DNA of 64,000 bases from Glaucostegus cemiculus. Lineage: Eukaryota. The stretch is taken from contig CDPCPM010000323.1 in assembly GCA_976551045.1 (NCBI GenBank), forward strand, positions 4,092,001 through 4,156,000, given 5' to 3'. The translations under genes were made by a program, and so were the position numbers. The notes below the pieces were generated by a model. That model did no database searches and had not been told where the DNA came from. It was given only the letters and a program-made list of their open reading frames with translations. This document shows, in pieces, positions 38,471 to 50,820 of the stretch (position 1 is the stretch's first letter; each line of letters starts with the position of its first letter).

Positions 38471-41400
38471 AAGGGCAAGCATGTCCCTGTGTTAGGGAAT
38501 ATTTTTTAGAGCCATGCAGAAGTAGTGAAAAGAATGTATTTAAGGACGAGCAGTTCATTTTAAATACATTTCTTCATGATTTTTAGCATAACACTGTTTA
38601 GGAATTTGATGAATCTATGAAGAGGAGAGGCTAAAGCCCTACCTGTTCCACAGAGCATTCAGAACTTTTCAAAAATCGTGCATCCAGATTCAATGGTCTG
38701 CGGGCACAACGTTAAAAGCTAAAGGATTTATTCATTATTTCATCTAAACCCAGCCACTAAGTGATAATCTGGAGCTCCCCATGGCAAAATGAGAAGGAGG
38801 GGACCTCAATTGCCCTGATTCATTCTGCCTTTCATTTTTAAGTCTGTCATTTTCTCCCAGTTCACATTATTAGCCTACACATGAGTGCATAATAAAAAAA
38901 AGTGGTGCGAGATAGGCTTCTCTCAATGGCTGAAAAGCATTTCAGTCCACTTGTTGTTATTTGCGAATGGTGTATTGTGAAAACGGTCGGCCCTTTGCAG
39001 TGAGCTTGGTGGTTGGTCTTTTACGTGAGGGTACAACAGCTGGTAATTAGTGTCAGCAAGCTTAGCCTTGCCTAACTATGTAAGCAGATTATTTCTAACT
39101 GGAAAAAAATACTACAGCTGAGCTACTCAATGGACTATTTATGGTTATTAGTCCTGTTTTTAGCACTGGAACATAATTAACTGATTCATTTTCTTTTAGG
39201 GGCTTCTTAAGAATTTTTTTGAGATGAGAAACGTGGGAGTTCTCAGTCCTGTCGACTTTTCTGGTGGTCTATAGTTGTGCGCTCCACATGCTGGGCCCCA
39301 TATTTTCATCCTTGCAAGGATGATTACCTTTTCTGATTAGATTTTTTTTCTTCCCAAGGAACATCTGGGGAGCCCCAAAGCTTCCAATGGGTCAGGATTA
39401 TGGGTATGTTGGCTGCAGCTGACTGAAGATAAAAAAAAATATTGAAGGGTGGTGGCTGTTAAAGATAATTTATGGTTAACCTGTCAAGGAATTCAGAGCT
39501 TTGCTGTTTGCCTCAGGAAAGTAAACTAATGAGCAGAGGAGATATTTAAGATGTAATTAACAGCTGAAAGTCTTGTTTCTCTATACAATTACTTAAACAA
39601 AGCTGAATTGAAAAGTGGCTTCGGCTAGGTAAATTAGGCACTTAAAACACTGCAAATGTCAATACTTTCTTGACATAAATACACATGATGCGAGCAAAAC
39701 AAAGAAATTATTTATAAAATAAAGAAATGGTACATCTTTAATGAAAGAGAGGTCTGCTGACTGATAATTATTCATTTCCTTTTCAGAGTGTTACCTCATA
39801 ATTTGGAATGGTCTCTAGCTCAGGAAATGTAAAATCTGCAGTATCCAAAATGAAAGTGGATTTGGTTTATCCTGCTTTTATTAAATGCCAATGTTTTACG
39901 CTTAAATCTTTTGGAGAAATAGCTGCATTATTATTAGAATCCTGATGCAACAGATAAAGCTGCAAAATTAAATATTATTATATATGATTTATCTTAAAAA
40001 TGTCATAATGTGCATTAGCTTTTTTGTATTTTTTATAAATAGACAAGCTATGGTAATTTGAAACAAAATAGTCAGGATGAAATTGCACCTTTAGGTATTA
40101 ATATTCAAATGCATTAAATTATTTGTGTAAATTTCCTTTTGCCTCAATTTTAACTGACAAAGGAATGTTATACAGGCTTGTAATATAACATTAACAAGTT
40201 AAATCTCTTGTTAAAATATTCTTGAGTGAATTAGTTAAATATGTTAATGAAAGTTGCCTCAAAGTAGTTTACTAAGGGGAAAGGAAAGTCGATGCTGCCT
40301 ATAAATTGGTTTCACTGTTCAATGTCTGCTGGTTATACTTTAAAAATTCCTGTCGATGGAATTGCTATAGTTTTAATAGAATCATTATAGGATATACAGT
40401 CTTGTAAAATAACATCATGAAATATGATAACTGCATTTATCTCATAACTCTTTTCATGTGTACTATTGGTAACTTTAATTAATAATGAAAGAATAGACCT
40501 TTCAAACTACATATTTTTTAAGTTTTGTATTTAACAGTGTTGGTTATAAAAAAATGCCATGTTTAATTTGTACACTCATTATTAGTGTTGCACGCATACT
40601 TTTTCCCTTGCAAAATTTGAGTTCCTCACAATTGTTGGGAAAAAGATGAAAACAGATAACAAAAAAAAAACTTAGAAAGCACATAAAATACTTACAACCC
40701 TCTGTTCATGTAATTATATGTGACAAGAATATAAACAGAGGTCAAAGGAGAAGCAATGTATAGATGTGATTTTTGATAATTTTGATTCCATCTCTGTCTG
40801 CCAACAAAAAAGTGATACTGCAGTCTTAATACTATACACACAATTGGAAGAAACCATTTCATTTCATGCATTTAGGCATTTGTCTTGCAGTCGGCCATAT
40901 AATACACTTGTTCAACGTGCTTGGAAGCAATAGGCAATTAAGGGGTTTGAAGGGTTGCTTTTCTGCCTGTGTGAAAGGTTTCAGGTGTGAAGGGCTTATT
41001 TTCAAGAGCACTGCAAATTTATAAAGCTTTCAGGGCCCCCTTGTTAAAGGGGGAGGGGGAGGTAAGGGCGCTCAAGTGCAATTTTCTATTCAGTGTCTGA
41101 ACACTGTGCAGTGTTTCGTGTGTGGTTGGTAACAAGGGCTACGGTAATGGCACAGACAGCATCCTTTGGCACAAAGACAGAGAGGAGAAAGCGATTACTT
41201 AAAAAAAGTGTAGACAAATCTGAAGCAAGTTAAAGAACTACTCGACAATTACAACAGCAAGCCAGTGCTCAGTGCACACAGATACCCACCTACTCTGCCT
41301 CCAGGTTTTGCTGCAGAATTTACCAAATCAATATTTTAGCTGTGGCTTTGAGAAAATTAGTCCATAATCACTCTTAATAAACTATTTATTTGAGCTGCAA

Positions 41401-41984
41401 ATAACCTTGCTGAATAAGAACACCTGAACTCAACAAAATAATATCAAATGACATTTTTAATTTATTTTTGCAGGATGTGGTTATCATTAGCAAGGCCAGC
41501 ATTTATTGCTCATCAGTAATTTCTCTTGGGCATTTAGGGCAAATCATTGCCTTGAACCACTGCAGTCCTTCTGTTGATGGAAATCCAGCAATGTTGTTGG
41601 GTAGGGTACTCCAGGGTGTAGATATAGTGATGATGAAGGAACATAGATCTATTTACAAGTCAGGATGATGTGTAGACTGGAGGGGACCCTGGGACCCTGC
41701 AGGTGGTGGTGTTTCCATATACCTGCTGCGCTTAGTGCTGGAGGTTGTGCGCCAGGATGGTGAAGCTTGAATAGTCTTGGTCCATATTCGCAGTGTGTAA
41801 AGCAGAGAACACATGCAGCAGTCTTAGTGCATCAGTGATGGAGGGAATAGTTTGTTAGAAGAGTTGCCAGTGCTTTATCGAGATGGTGTTGAGCTTCTTG
41901 TGAGTAGCTGGAGTTGCACACTGATCCAGGCAAATATGAAAAATATTCCATCACACTCCTGTTTTGTACCTTGTAACTTATTAA

Positions 41985-43008
41985 TTTAACTTGAACAAAT
42001 GTGAAGTATTGCATTTTGGGGAGCTAAACCAGGTCAGGACTTACACTGTAAATGGTAGGGCCCTGGAAAGTGTCACAGAACAGAAAGACCAAGGGATACA
42101 AGTATATAGTTCCCTAGAAGTGGTGATACAGATCGACAGGATGGTGAGGAAGGTATTTGGCATGTTTTCCTTCATCAGTCAAGGCATTGAGTACAAAAGA
42201 TGGCACAACATGTCACAACCATACAAGACGTTAGTGAGACCACACATGGAGTATTGTATGACTCTGCAGATGCTGGAATCTGGATCAAAATACACAAAAT
42301 GCTAGAAGAACTCAGCAAGTCAAGCAGCATCTATGGAGGGAAATAAACAGTCATCGTTTATTATTCCATGGTCTACTCTCCTATCGGATTCCTTCTTCTC
42401 TAGCCCTTTATTGTTTCTACCTATCTCCTGTTAATTTCCCTCCATAGATGCTGTCTAACCTGCTGAGTTCTTCTAGCACTTTGTGTGTATTGATAGATCA
42501 TTGTGTGCAGTTCTGGTCACCTAGCTGTAGGAAGGACTGTAAGCTGGAAAGGGTGCAGAAAGATTCACAAGGATGTTACAGAGACTGTAGGGCTTGGGTT
42601 ATAAGCAGACACTGGATAGGCTGGAGCTTCTACCCCAAAAGTGTAGGAGGCTGAGGCGTGACATCATATAACATTATGTATGATCTTATAATAGATAAGG
42701 TGAATGGTCAGGGTAGAGAAGTGAAAAACTAGAAGGCATAGGTTTAAGATGAGAGGGGTTAAGTTTAATGCAGACCTGAGGGGCACCTTTTTCACACTGA
42801 TGGTGGTGGGTATGTGGAGAGGGCTGCCAAAGGAAGTGGTAGAGCTGGGTACAATTACAATGTTTAAAAGACATTTAGGCCACCACATGGATAGGAAAGG
42901 TTTAGCAGTTTAGCAGCCAATAGGACTAGCTCAGGTAGGCAACTTGGTCAGCATGGACAAGTTGGGCTGAAGGGCCAGCTTTCGTGCTGTATAACTCTAT
43001 GACTCTAG
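41985..43008 (+). mobile_element. CR1 LINE, 5'-truncated
   Basis: ORF 41991 NKCEVLHFG...YKTLVRPHMEYC resumes as CVQFWSP at ~42502; tail gttgggctgaagggcc...tataactctatgactcta. Confidence 0.92.
42261..42499. mobile_element. Penelope-like fold-back insertion nested in CR1
   Basis: Arms acacaaaatgctagaagaactcagc...catctatggagggaaat / atttccctccatagatg...gctgagttcttctagcactttgtgt interrupt the CR1 EYC|VQFW motif; likely TSD attgtatg / attgtgtg. Confidence 0.85.
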
Positions 43009-44519
43009 CTTAAGAAACAGGTCACTCTTCTTAGGGTACCAACTTCTTATAGCCACACTATTTGCAAGTCAGTTATGTTCCTGCTGACAAGTGACACCCA
43101 GGATTTTTAAGGTGCAAGTCATGGTGAATGTAAAGGATTAAATGGTTAAATTATTGTTTGTCGGGCATAGTAATTTGCTGGCATTGTAGGACACAATTTT
43201 CACATCAGCCTGAAGGTTGTCCAGACCCTGCTGCATGCAAGCATTGATTGCTTCATTTTCTGTGGAATTGTGAATGGGATTGAACAATGTCCCCATTTTT
43301 GACCTTATGATGGACAAAGAATCATTGATGAAACAACTGAAAGTTGGATGCCAATCAACCCAGCCCCAGGACATTGTCCTGAGAAACTTCCACAGTGAGG
43401 TACTGGGGCTGAGTTGGGTAGACATCCAACATCCACAGCCATCTTGTGGCAGGTATGATCCCAGGCACAGGAGTGGTTTCCAATTGGTGCTCATTGACTT
43501 CAATTTCATAGAGCTCTTTGACACTCCACTGCAGTGTTTCCTCGCTGTTAAGGGCAATAGTTCCAACCCAGCCTTTAAAATCTGTGTTTGCATCAAGACT
43601 GTGATGAGATCTGGAGTGAAGTGGTCCTGGTGAAAACCAGACTGAGAATCTGTGAGTACATTATTATGGAGTAAGTACTGTTTGATAGCAATGTCAATAA
43701 ACACCTTCCACCATTTTGCTGATGATCAAGAGTAGAGTGATTGAATGGTATCAAGCCACATTGGATCTTTTCTGCTTTTTGAGGACCAAATATGCCTGGG
43801 CAGTTTTTCATATAGCTGGGCAAATGCTAGTGTTGTAGATGTACTGGGACAGCTTGTTCAGAGACATACCTGGCTTCAGAGTGTAAGTCTTGAGTACTAC
43901 CACAGGGATGTGGCTTCTTAGCCATTTCTTGAAATTCACATTTTGAATCAAACTGGATGAAGCCCACCTTCTGTAAGGGCAGGGTCTTCAGGAGGGAGCA
44001 GAGATGAATCATCCACTTGGCAATCTTAGCTGAAGGTAGTTGCAAATGCTTCACCTTTGTCCTTGGCACTCAGTCACTGGGGTCCACTGCTGTGAAGGAT
44101 GGAGTTGCTCTTGGATCATTCCCTTCTAGTTAACTATTTAATTGTCCACTACCATTTCATAACAGGTAGCAGACCTGCAAATACTTGGTCTTATCTGTAT
44201 TTTTTTTGTGTAGAATTGCTGAGCACTAACTCCTCAACTTTATAGAACCTAAAGATTAGCTAAACCAGACCATAATTGTCTCAGTATCTCTTACTAAAAT
44301 ACTTGAAAATAATTCAAGTAAGCAACAAAGGTGATCTACCAAATAAAAGGAAAATGTAATGTCAAGACACCATTCCTCTTCTTGTAGCTTTCTCCTCTTT
44401 CTCCTTGGAAACAGACAGGCTCTGCAACAATAATTAATTACAACTCTTGAAGTAGCACAAACCAATATTGTACGTTACATTTGTCCTTTAATATATCAAA
44501 AAACCCAAAAAGAAACACA

Positions 44520-46891
44520 TTCAAAATAACTGTGCTGCCTCTGTGAACTTTTTACTTTGAGGCATAATTGTCCACATGGACTGTGCTTCCAGATCTGCTC
44601 TTAATTGCCTCCACTTCTCCTGGACCATTTTGTTGAGGGTGGTGTTATTCTGCAAGGTTAGAAGTTCATCCTATGGAATCTCCCCGCCTGTTTCTATCAA
44701 GTATGTTCTTTGATGATAATCCCAAGAAAATGTCTGTTCTTCTGAAATAGAATGCCCTCCCCTGCTATGATGCTGTCTGCTTTGAGGCATAATGTGTGCT
44801 AGTTACCACTACAATCCATTACATCTGGCATTAGCCCGATGTCAACTTCATCCTCACTTCTACCGGTAACAAGTTCAGTTACCTTTGTCAGAATAGTGTG
44901 CCTGTCTTGTTTTGACTATGTCCTGCTTCTTTTTGCATTTCTAGTTTCCATGTTTGATGATAAACATCTGCATATTCATCAATGGGTTGAACGGCTGTAG
45001 TGATTGCTGATGTTGAGTTGATTTTCACAATCCTAACATGGTGTACCTTTATCAATCCCAGTTATTCCATTGCACTACTTGTAGGTGTGAAATTTCATTA
45101 TTCTCTTGGTTCTTTGGGCTCCCCACCAAAGAGCATCATTGTATGTTGACAGCACATGACTTTTTAGTTTTGTCTGCACTACCAAATTGATGCTTGATTT
45201 CCAGAGGACATCTCACATTGCTCCTGAATCAAATTGAAATGTTGCTGGCTACTGTCATATTGTCATCTTAGTGTAAATACATTGAGTGGGTGTTCCTTTC
45301 ATAGAGTTGAGTCTCCCCTTTGTCACCTGTACATTGTGTTTAACCGGTAAATAGCAAAAACAGAAGTTACAGGTGGTATAAATCTAAAATAAAAACAGAA
45401 AAAGCAGGAAAAATTAGCAGATCGGTGGAGAGAGAAATGGAATCTACATTTCAGGTCAGTGATCTTCCTTGATTTCTGTTTTGTTTTTATTTATTTTTCC
45501 TTTTTTCTCTCCTCTATCCTTTTCTTTTCATTCATCCTTTCTATTTACATCTCCATACGGACCACCTGCATTTAGCAAACCTTCACCACCCTCTTTCAGC
45601 AGGCACCACCACCACTTGTATCACACACACTCCCTTTGTTCCCTTAAACTCCTCTCTGCTACTTAAAATATATTTAGCTTCTGAATTTTCTCAGTTCTGA
45701 TGGATCTGCTTCTCTCTCTGTGGATGCTGCCTAAATCTCTTAGGATTTCCACCACTTTGTTTTTAATTCTGAATTTGACCTGGTCTCTAAATCTGCATGA
45801 TTCATCTCATCAGCTTCATGAACAATTGATGTTCTCTTTTTTGCAATAATTCCAGTCCATATTGTGCAGTTTTATTATGTATAGGAAATTACTTTCTCAG
45901 CCAATCATGTTTCCATCCATATGTGTAACAGCTCAGCAACCTTGGCTTTACTTTTCCGTGTATTCCTTTGTTTCGCCTATTGCCATGTGCACTTCTGACT
46001 GCTGGCCATCCAATAATTCCAACATAGCTGTTGGCACTTCTCTAGACTTAACTTCTCACTTGATAACCATCCTTTAGGGTAGACTCCGTGGTTCTGTAAA
46101 CAACCTGATCTATGACAAGTGATTCCTTCAAATATGAAAACTGCAGTTATTTCTGAACAATCTTAGCTCTGCTAAGGAAGTAGCAAACAATTATCTCTAC
46201 TCCTAGTTGTACGTATGTATCTAAAGAATCAGCAAACGGTCAACAATTTCATTTCTAGGTGGGTTACAATGTATTTGTAACTCATCTAATGCAGTGTGTC
46301 ATTTTAGGGCTCTATGCTATTGTACAATTCTCTTCTCTTGTGACATATAACAACATTTTTATTTTAGTCTGCTCTAATTTATCTGCCATACTTAATTCAA
46401 TATATGGTATGAACTCTTCCTTCCACTTTCTCCACTCATGGGCAGCTACCTGACTGAAAATCCAGCAGCTGAGGTATTTTTATTTACTCCACCGTGTACT
46501 ACGTCAGTGGAAACACACAGCCCCACTGCCTCTTGACACACGTTCACATGTTATATCAGTTGGGAGGGATCATGCCTGGATATTGTAAGACTGAACCAGC
46601 CCTGTGTCTATATTCCATAGCTCCATCAACTAGCACTTCTGACGCCATGCCTCAGTACCTCTCCCCCTAAGTAACTGGAAAACAGTTGGTAATTCAAACT
46701 CAAGAATACTTTAGTGAATAAAACACAGCTTACAGTGTTTGAACAACATTTTCACATTGTAGCTTTCTCCACGGATAGCAACAAGTTCTCTCACAAGCTC
46801 CACACTAAACAAAGCTGCAACAGCAGAGAGAGGCATTTGGCCACATAATACAATCCTTAAAGCGACATCAACCAATATTACATATGCTACA
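44520..46891 (-). mobile_element. Decayed Gypsy LTR retrotransposon (LTR, PBS, gag-pol remnants)
   Basis: LTR 46648-46891 (minus TGTAG...CA), PBS-like tggcgtcagaagtg (46634-46647), protease FQFDSGA (45219-45239), LGLIKVHH, ILTKVTE and integrase-like HPQQNG (~44630). Confidence 0.7.
45375..45775. mobile_element. Penelope-like fold-back insertion nested in the Gypsy relic
   Basis: Left arm aaataaaaacagaaaaagcagg...catttcaggtcagtgatcttcc; pyrimidine-rich spacer; right cagttctgatg...tggatgctgcct...tttccaccactttgtttttaattctga. Confidence 0.65.
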
Positions 46892-48227
46892 TAAGTTACA
46901 AATACTGTATTAAGAATGCATGTAGTTATTATATAATGTAGGTAACATGGGCAATCCAGCTTCTATTGCCCATCCCTATTTACCAATAAGGAGGTGATAA
47001 TAAACTATCTTCTTGTATTCTCAAAAAAAAAGTCAGGTTTGCTATATTGCAAAGCTTAGGAATAAACTTTGTGACATTTAAAGCTTACAAGAAAGTAATC
47101 AACGCTTTACAGAGTTCTGATATTTATTGTCTTTAGCTAAAGAGACTCCGTAAAGCATCGTCCATAGTTTCAGATGTTCATCTGTGTTTTTAATCTTGCA
47201 AAATGTTCTCTTATTAACACAGAGGCACCAATTCACAAAGCAAGATGGCTCTTGCTGTTGGCAATGTCTATTTCCTGACTGGATATAGAAGAGAAAGTGA
47301 TAGATGTCACTATTACAAGCAATTAAGCACACTTGAATGTGAACATATTTTTTTTACAAAACATCAAACACCAAGAACCTTAAAAAACATTTGTTGAGGT
47401 AAAACTGAAAGTAAAATATTGTATTTTTCTCATTACCTGGCCTGCAACTTTTGTGGGAATTGGAAGTGAGCAAGTCAAGTGGAGATACAGGCAAAAATGA
47501 GGATGAGGAGTGAGGTAAAATTCAGGTGGGAACAATTCAAAGTAGACCTTTTGTTTTTGCAAGGTATTTTAATTAGTTACACCAGATGATTTTCTTTCTT
47601 TATTTTTATTTTGAGAACTCAGATCATTCAATCTCATGTGTAGGTACAAGTGTTAGGAACATGACATTCTTCTTGTGTTCCATGATGACCTGTATACTGA
47701 AGAAATGGAAACATTTTCTATTCCTGAAAGTTTTGGAGTTTTTAAGGGGAACGCTGAAGGTCATATGATGGAAGTCAATGGCTGCCTATACTTGTGGAAA
47801 GCCAGCAATGCTGACAAATAACACTGTCCATGATATCACCTGTTGCTCACTGAACACAAGATAGAAGAAACAATGTCTCCATGAATACAGTTCCTGAGTG
47901 ACTTCTCCAGTAACACTCCAATAAGGAGATATGGCAGTGATCTGCTGCTGCTCCTAAGACAGATCCTGTGACAAGGAAGTTGAGAGTCAATGGCGGGCAA
48001 AGGTCTTCCAGAAACGTTTCAAATGCTCAGTGAAAGCCTTGGAAAACCTGAGTCACCTGACACATTGCTCATCAGAGAGCTCCAGACTGGGATGGTGTGC
48101 CTCAGAACATCCTGTGGAAGTGGACTTTTGTTGATGGGCAGGTCTATGGATACTGCCTCAAAGTCCCTGACTCACCCCAAGTGGCCATCTGTAGTTCTCC
48201 TGAAGCTTCTAACAATGAAGTGGTACA

Positions 48228-48775
48228 TACAAACATACAAATTTGGCACAGGACTAGTCCACTTAGCCCCTCATGTCTATTCCACCATTTAATAAGATCA
48301 TATTTGATCTGACTGTAACCTCACCTCTGCATTCTTGTCTAGTCAAGGTAACATTTCACTCCCTTGCTTATCAGGTACTTATCCATATTTGCCTCCACCA
48401 TCCTTCAAAGAAGAGAACTCCAAAGATCCACAACACGTTGAAAAAAAAAGCCTCATCTCTCGCTTAAAGAATGATCCCTTTATTTTTAAATGGTGACCCC
48501 TTTGTTTTAGATTCATCTACAAGAGGAAACACATTATCTCCACTTCCACCCTGTCAAGACCCCTCAGGATCTTACATGTTTAAATCAGGTCATTTCTCAC
48601 TCTTCCGAACTCTAGCACATTACAAACCTAATCTGTCACTCATAAGGAAACCCAGACATTCTAGGTATTAAATAGATAAGGCTTTTCTGAACTGCTTCCA
48701 ATGCATTAGCATCCTTCCTTAAACAAGGAAAACAACACTGTACATGTGACTCCAAATGCAGTATACCAGAAGCAG
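48228..48775 (-). mobile_element. CR1 LINE 3' portion
   Basis: ccaccatttaataagatcatatttgatctga...gtcaagaccccctcaggatctta...tgaactgcttccaatgcattagcatccttccttaaa. Confidence 0.8.
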
Positions 48776-50581
48776 TGACAATACTGAAGAATCAAACAAA
48801 TGAGCATCTCAGCAGTTAGGTACTAGAAGGCATTCCCTGTTAGTAGAAGTACACCCTAGGAAGGTGTATGACCTGCTTGCAGCCACTTCTGAAGGTGCCC
48901 ATTTAGGTCTTCCTTTGTCAGCAGATTGTCCCTTTAAATAATGTAAAAAGCAACAACCTACCACAACTCTACTGAGAGTGTTCCCCCACAGTTGTAGTAT
49001 GAAGCTTTCTGCTCCAATTTATGTCAATATGGGCAGAAATATGCAGTATATAAATAATGATATTTGTTCATGTCTGACACCAGGAAAACATTAGGTGCAT
49101 TAATGTGAACAGTGAGCTGAAGTGGCCAGTCCAATTTTGGCTCTGGTGCAAGTACACCTGGAAATGATATCCACTGTGATCTACTCCTTGTAAAATCGAA
49201 ATTGGATCAGAAAGTACCAAAGTACTGATGATTTACAACCTAATTATTAGGCTTAGAAGTCAGGGGAAACTGCTGAACTAAATAAATTGTCTTCTTTTAA
49301 CTGAATCTATCCTTTCAAATTAAGACTTCAACTCAGCTCAATATATTAAAATGGTAAATATTATGTTAGCCCGACAGCAATTCCATAACTTAATTAACAG
49401 GAAACTATATGCACATCTGTTAAAGTCCAAACCCATTAAAAGGTTTTGAGACAAACAAGGTAAGGTGTAACCAGTCATGGACAATGGACAAGCCATTAAC
49501 ATTCAAGATTACAGGAAACACCTGTTAGTTACATTGATGTGCTCATTACCAATTTAGCAAGCCAAACTGATCTAGTTCCAGAAGAATGTTCATACTTTCA
49601 GAAAAAGGTCAATATTGCTTTAATTAAAATAAAATGGCTTTATTGTACCCCTCCCCCAACCATTCCAAAAACTGAAATCTCTGAAGAGTCCTAATCATAT
49701 CTTGCTTATATTAATTAATGCTGCAAATGTATTCTGCCACAATATTTCATCTGTGTTACTTTTTGCTATTCTTGTTCAATTAATATTGAAAATCTGGAAG
49801 ACAAATCAACATTTTGTCTAATTTAGCTCAACTGGAGGCCTGTACATATGTCAAAATGTAAATGAATACTCTCCATTGTCTTAACCAATGTTTCAATCAC
49901 TGACCATGGCATTTCTGGAAGATAATTTACACTGATTTCATCATGTGATTTGGGATTGTTTCTCTGGTTATTCTAACATAAAATAAATGTTTTTATTAGC
50001 CAACAACACAAGCTCAACTCATAATGTGAGAGTTTTGGAAAAATTACACTAATGTTCACCTCCTCAAGTTTGTGTTCCTCCACTATCAATACTATGACCA
50101 AGGAATAGGTTCTTGGGTACTTCACAAGGGCAATTTTTTTGCCTTTACCTTAAGCCTTTCTTCAATATTCATCATTCATCTGTGACAAGGGCTAAGTAAT
50201 TATCCACTTCTTGATAGAAGTGTTAGTTTTTCTGTGCAGAATGATATCATTCCTGACTGTCTTCTGGTCAAAATTCATGCTGGGGCTCATGCAATTTTCA
50301 TCATGACTTTTGAGCCAATACAATCATGATGGTACAGAAAATGCAGAAAGCAGCTGAGCTGTACAATCAACAGAGTATTCAAAGGTCACAGTGGTAAGGT
50401 CCGTGCATGACAAAGATTGGATTTCACTGAAGGTTTTAAGGTCTTATAAACTGCACTTATGAGAGGCTTATCATCTCAGCATTGATCACCACAGTAAATA
50501 GTCAGTGAGACATTAAGGATCTTCTATTCCAGATGTAGAACATTCCATACTTTTCCTTCATATAAGGTATTAGGTACATGA

Positions 50582-50820
50582 AAGCGTAGCGGTTAGCGCG
50601 ATGCTGTTACAGTGCCAGCGATCGGAGTTCGATTCCTGTCGCTGACTGTAAGGAGTTTGTACGTTCTCCTGTGTCTGCGTGGGTTTCCTCTGGGTGCTCC
50701 GGTTTCCTCCCACATTCTGAAAGACGTACGGGTAGGTTAATTTGGGGGTTTAAAATGGGCGGCACAGACTCGTTGGGCCGAAAGGGCCTGTTACCACGCT
50801 GTAAAAAAATTTTTAAAAAA
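50582..50820 (+). mobile_element. Young tRNA-derived V-SINE (HE1-like), slightly 5'-clipped
   Basis: agcgtagcggttagcg (A box), gagttcgattcc (B box), V-domain, ttgggccgaaagggcctgtt and an A/T tail. Confidence 0.9.

Larger units (their letters stand above)
41465..44200 (-). mobile_element. CR1-clade LINE (older family) with RT relic, split by a younger CR1
   Basis: 3' end ggatgtggttatcattagcaaggccagcatttattgctcatc at 41472. ORF 43138-43704 AIKQYLLHNNVLTDSQSGF...PDLIT...FSCFINDSLSIIRS...MQQGLDNLQA. Segments 41465-41975 and 43010-44200. Confidence 0.85.

Noticed and set aside
47800-48060. Third Harbinger Myb-like relic
   Set aside because: Only a faint QKRFK resemblance; too decayed to call.
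50582-50650. tRNA gene (A and B boxes)
   Set aside because: It is a SINE head continuing into the V-domain; no full cloverleaf or poly-T terminator. The same applies at 22018 and 28666.
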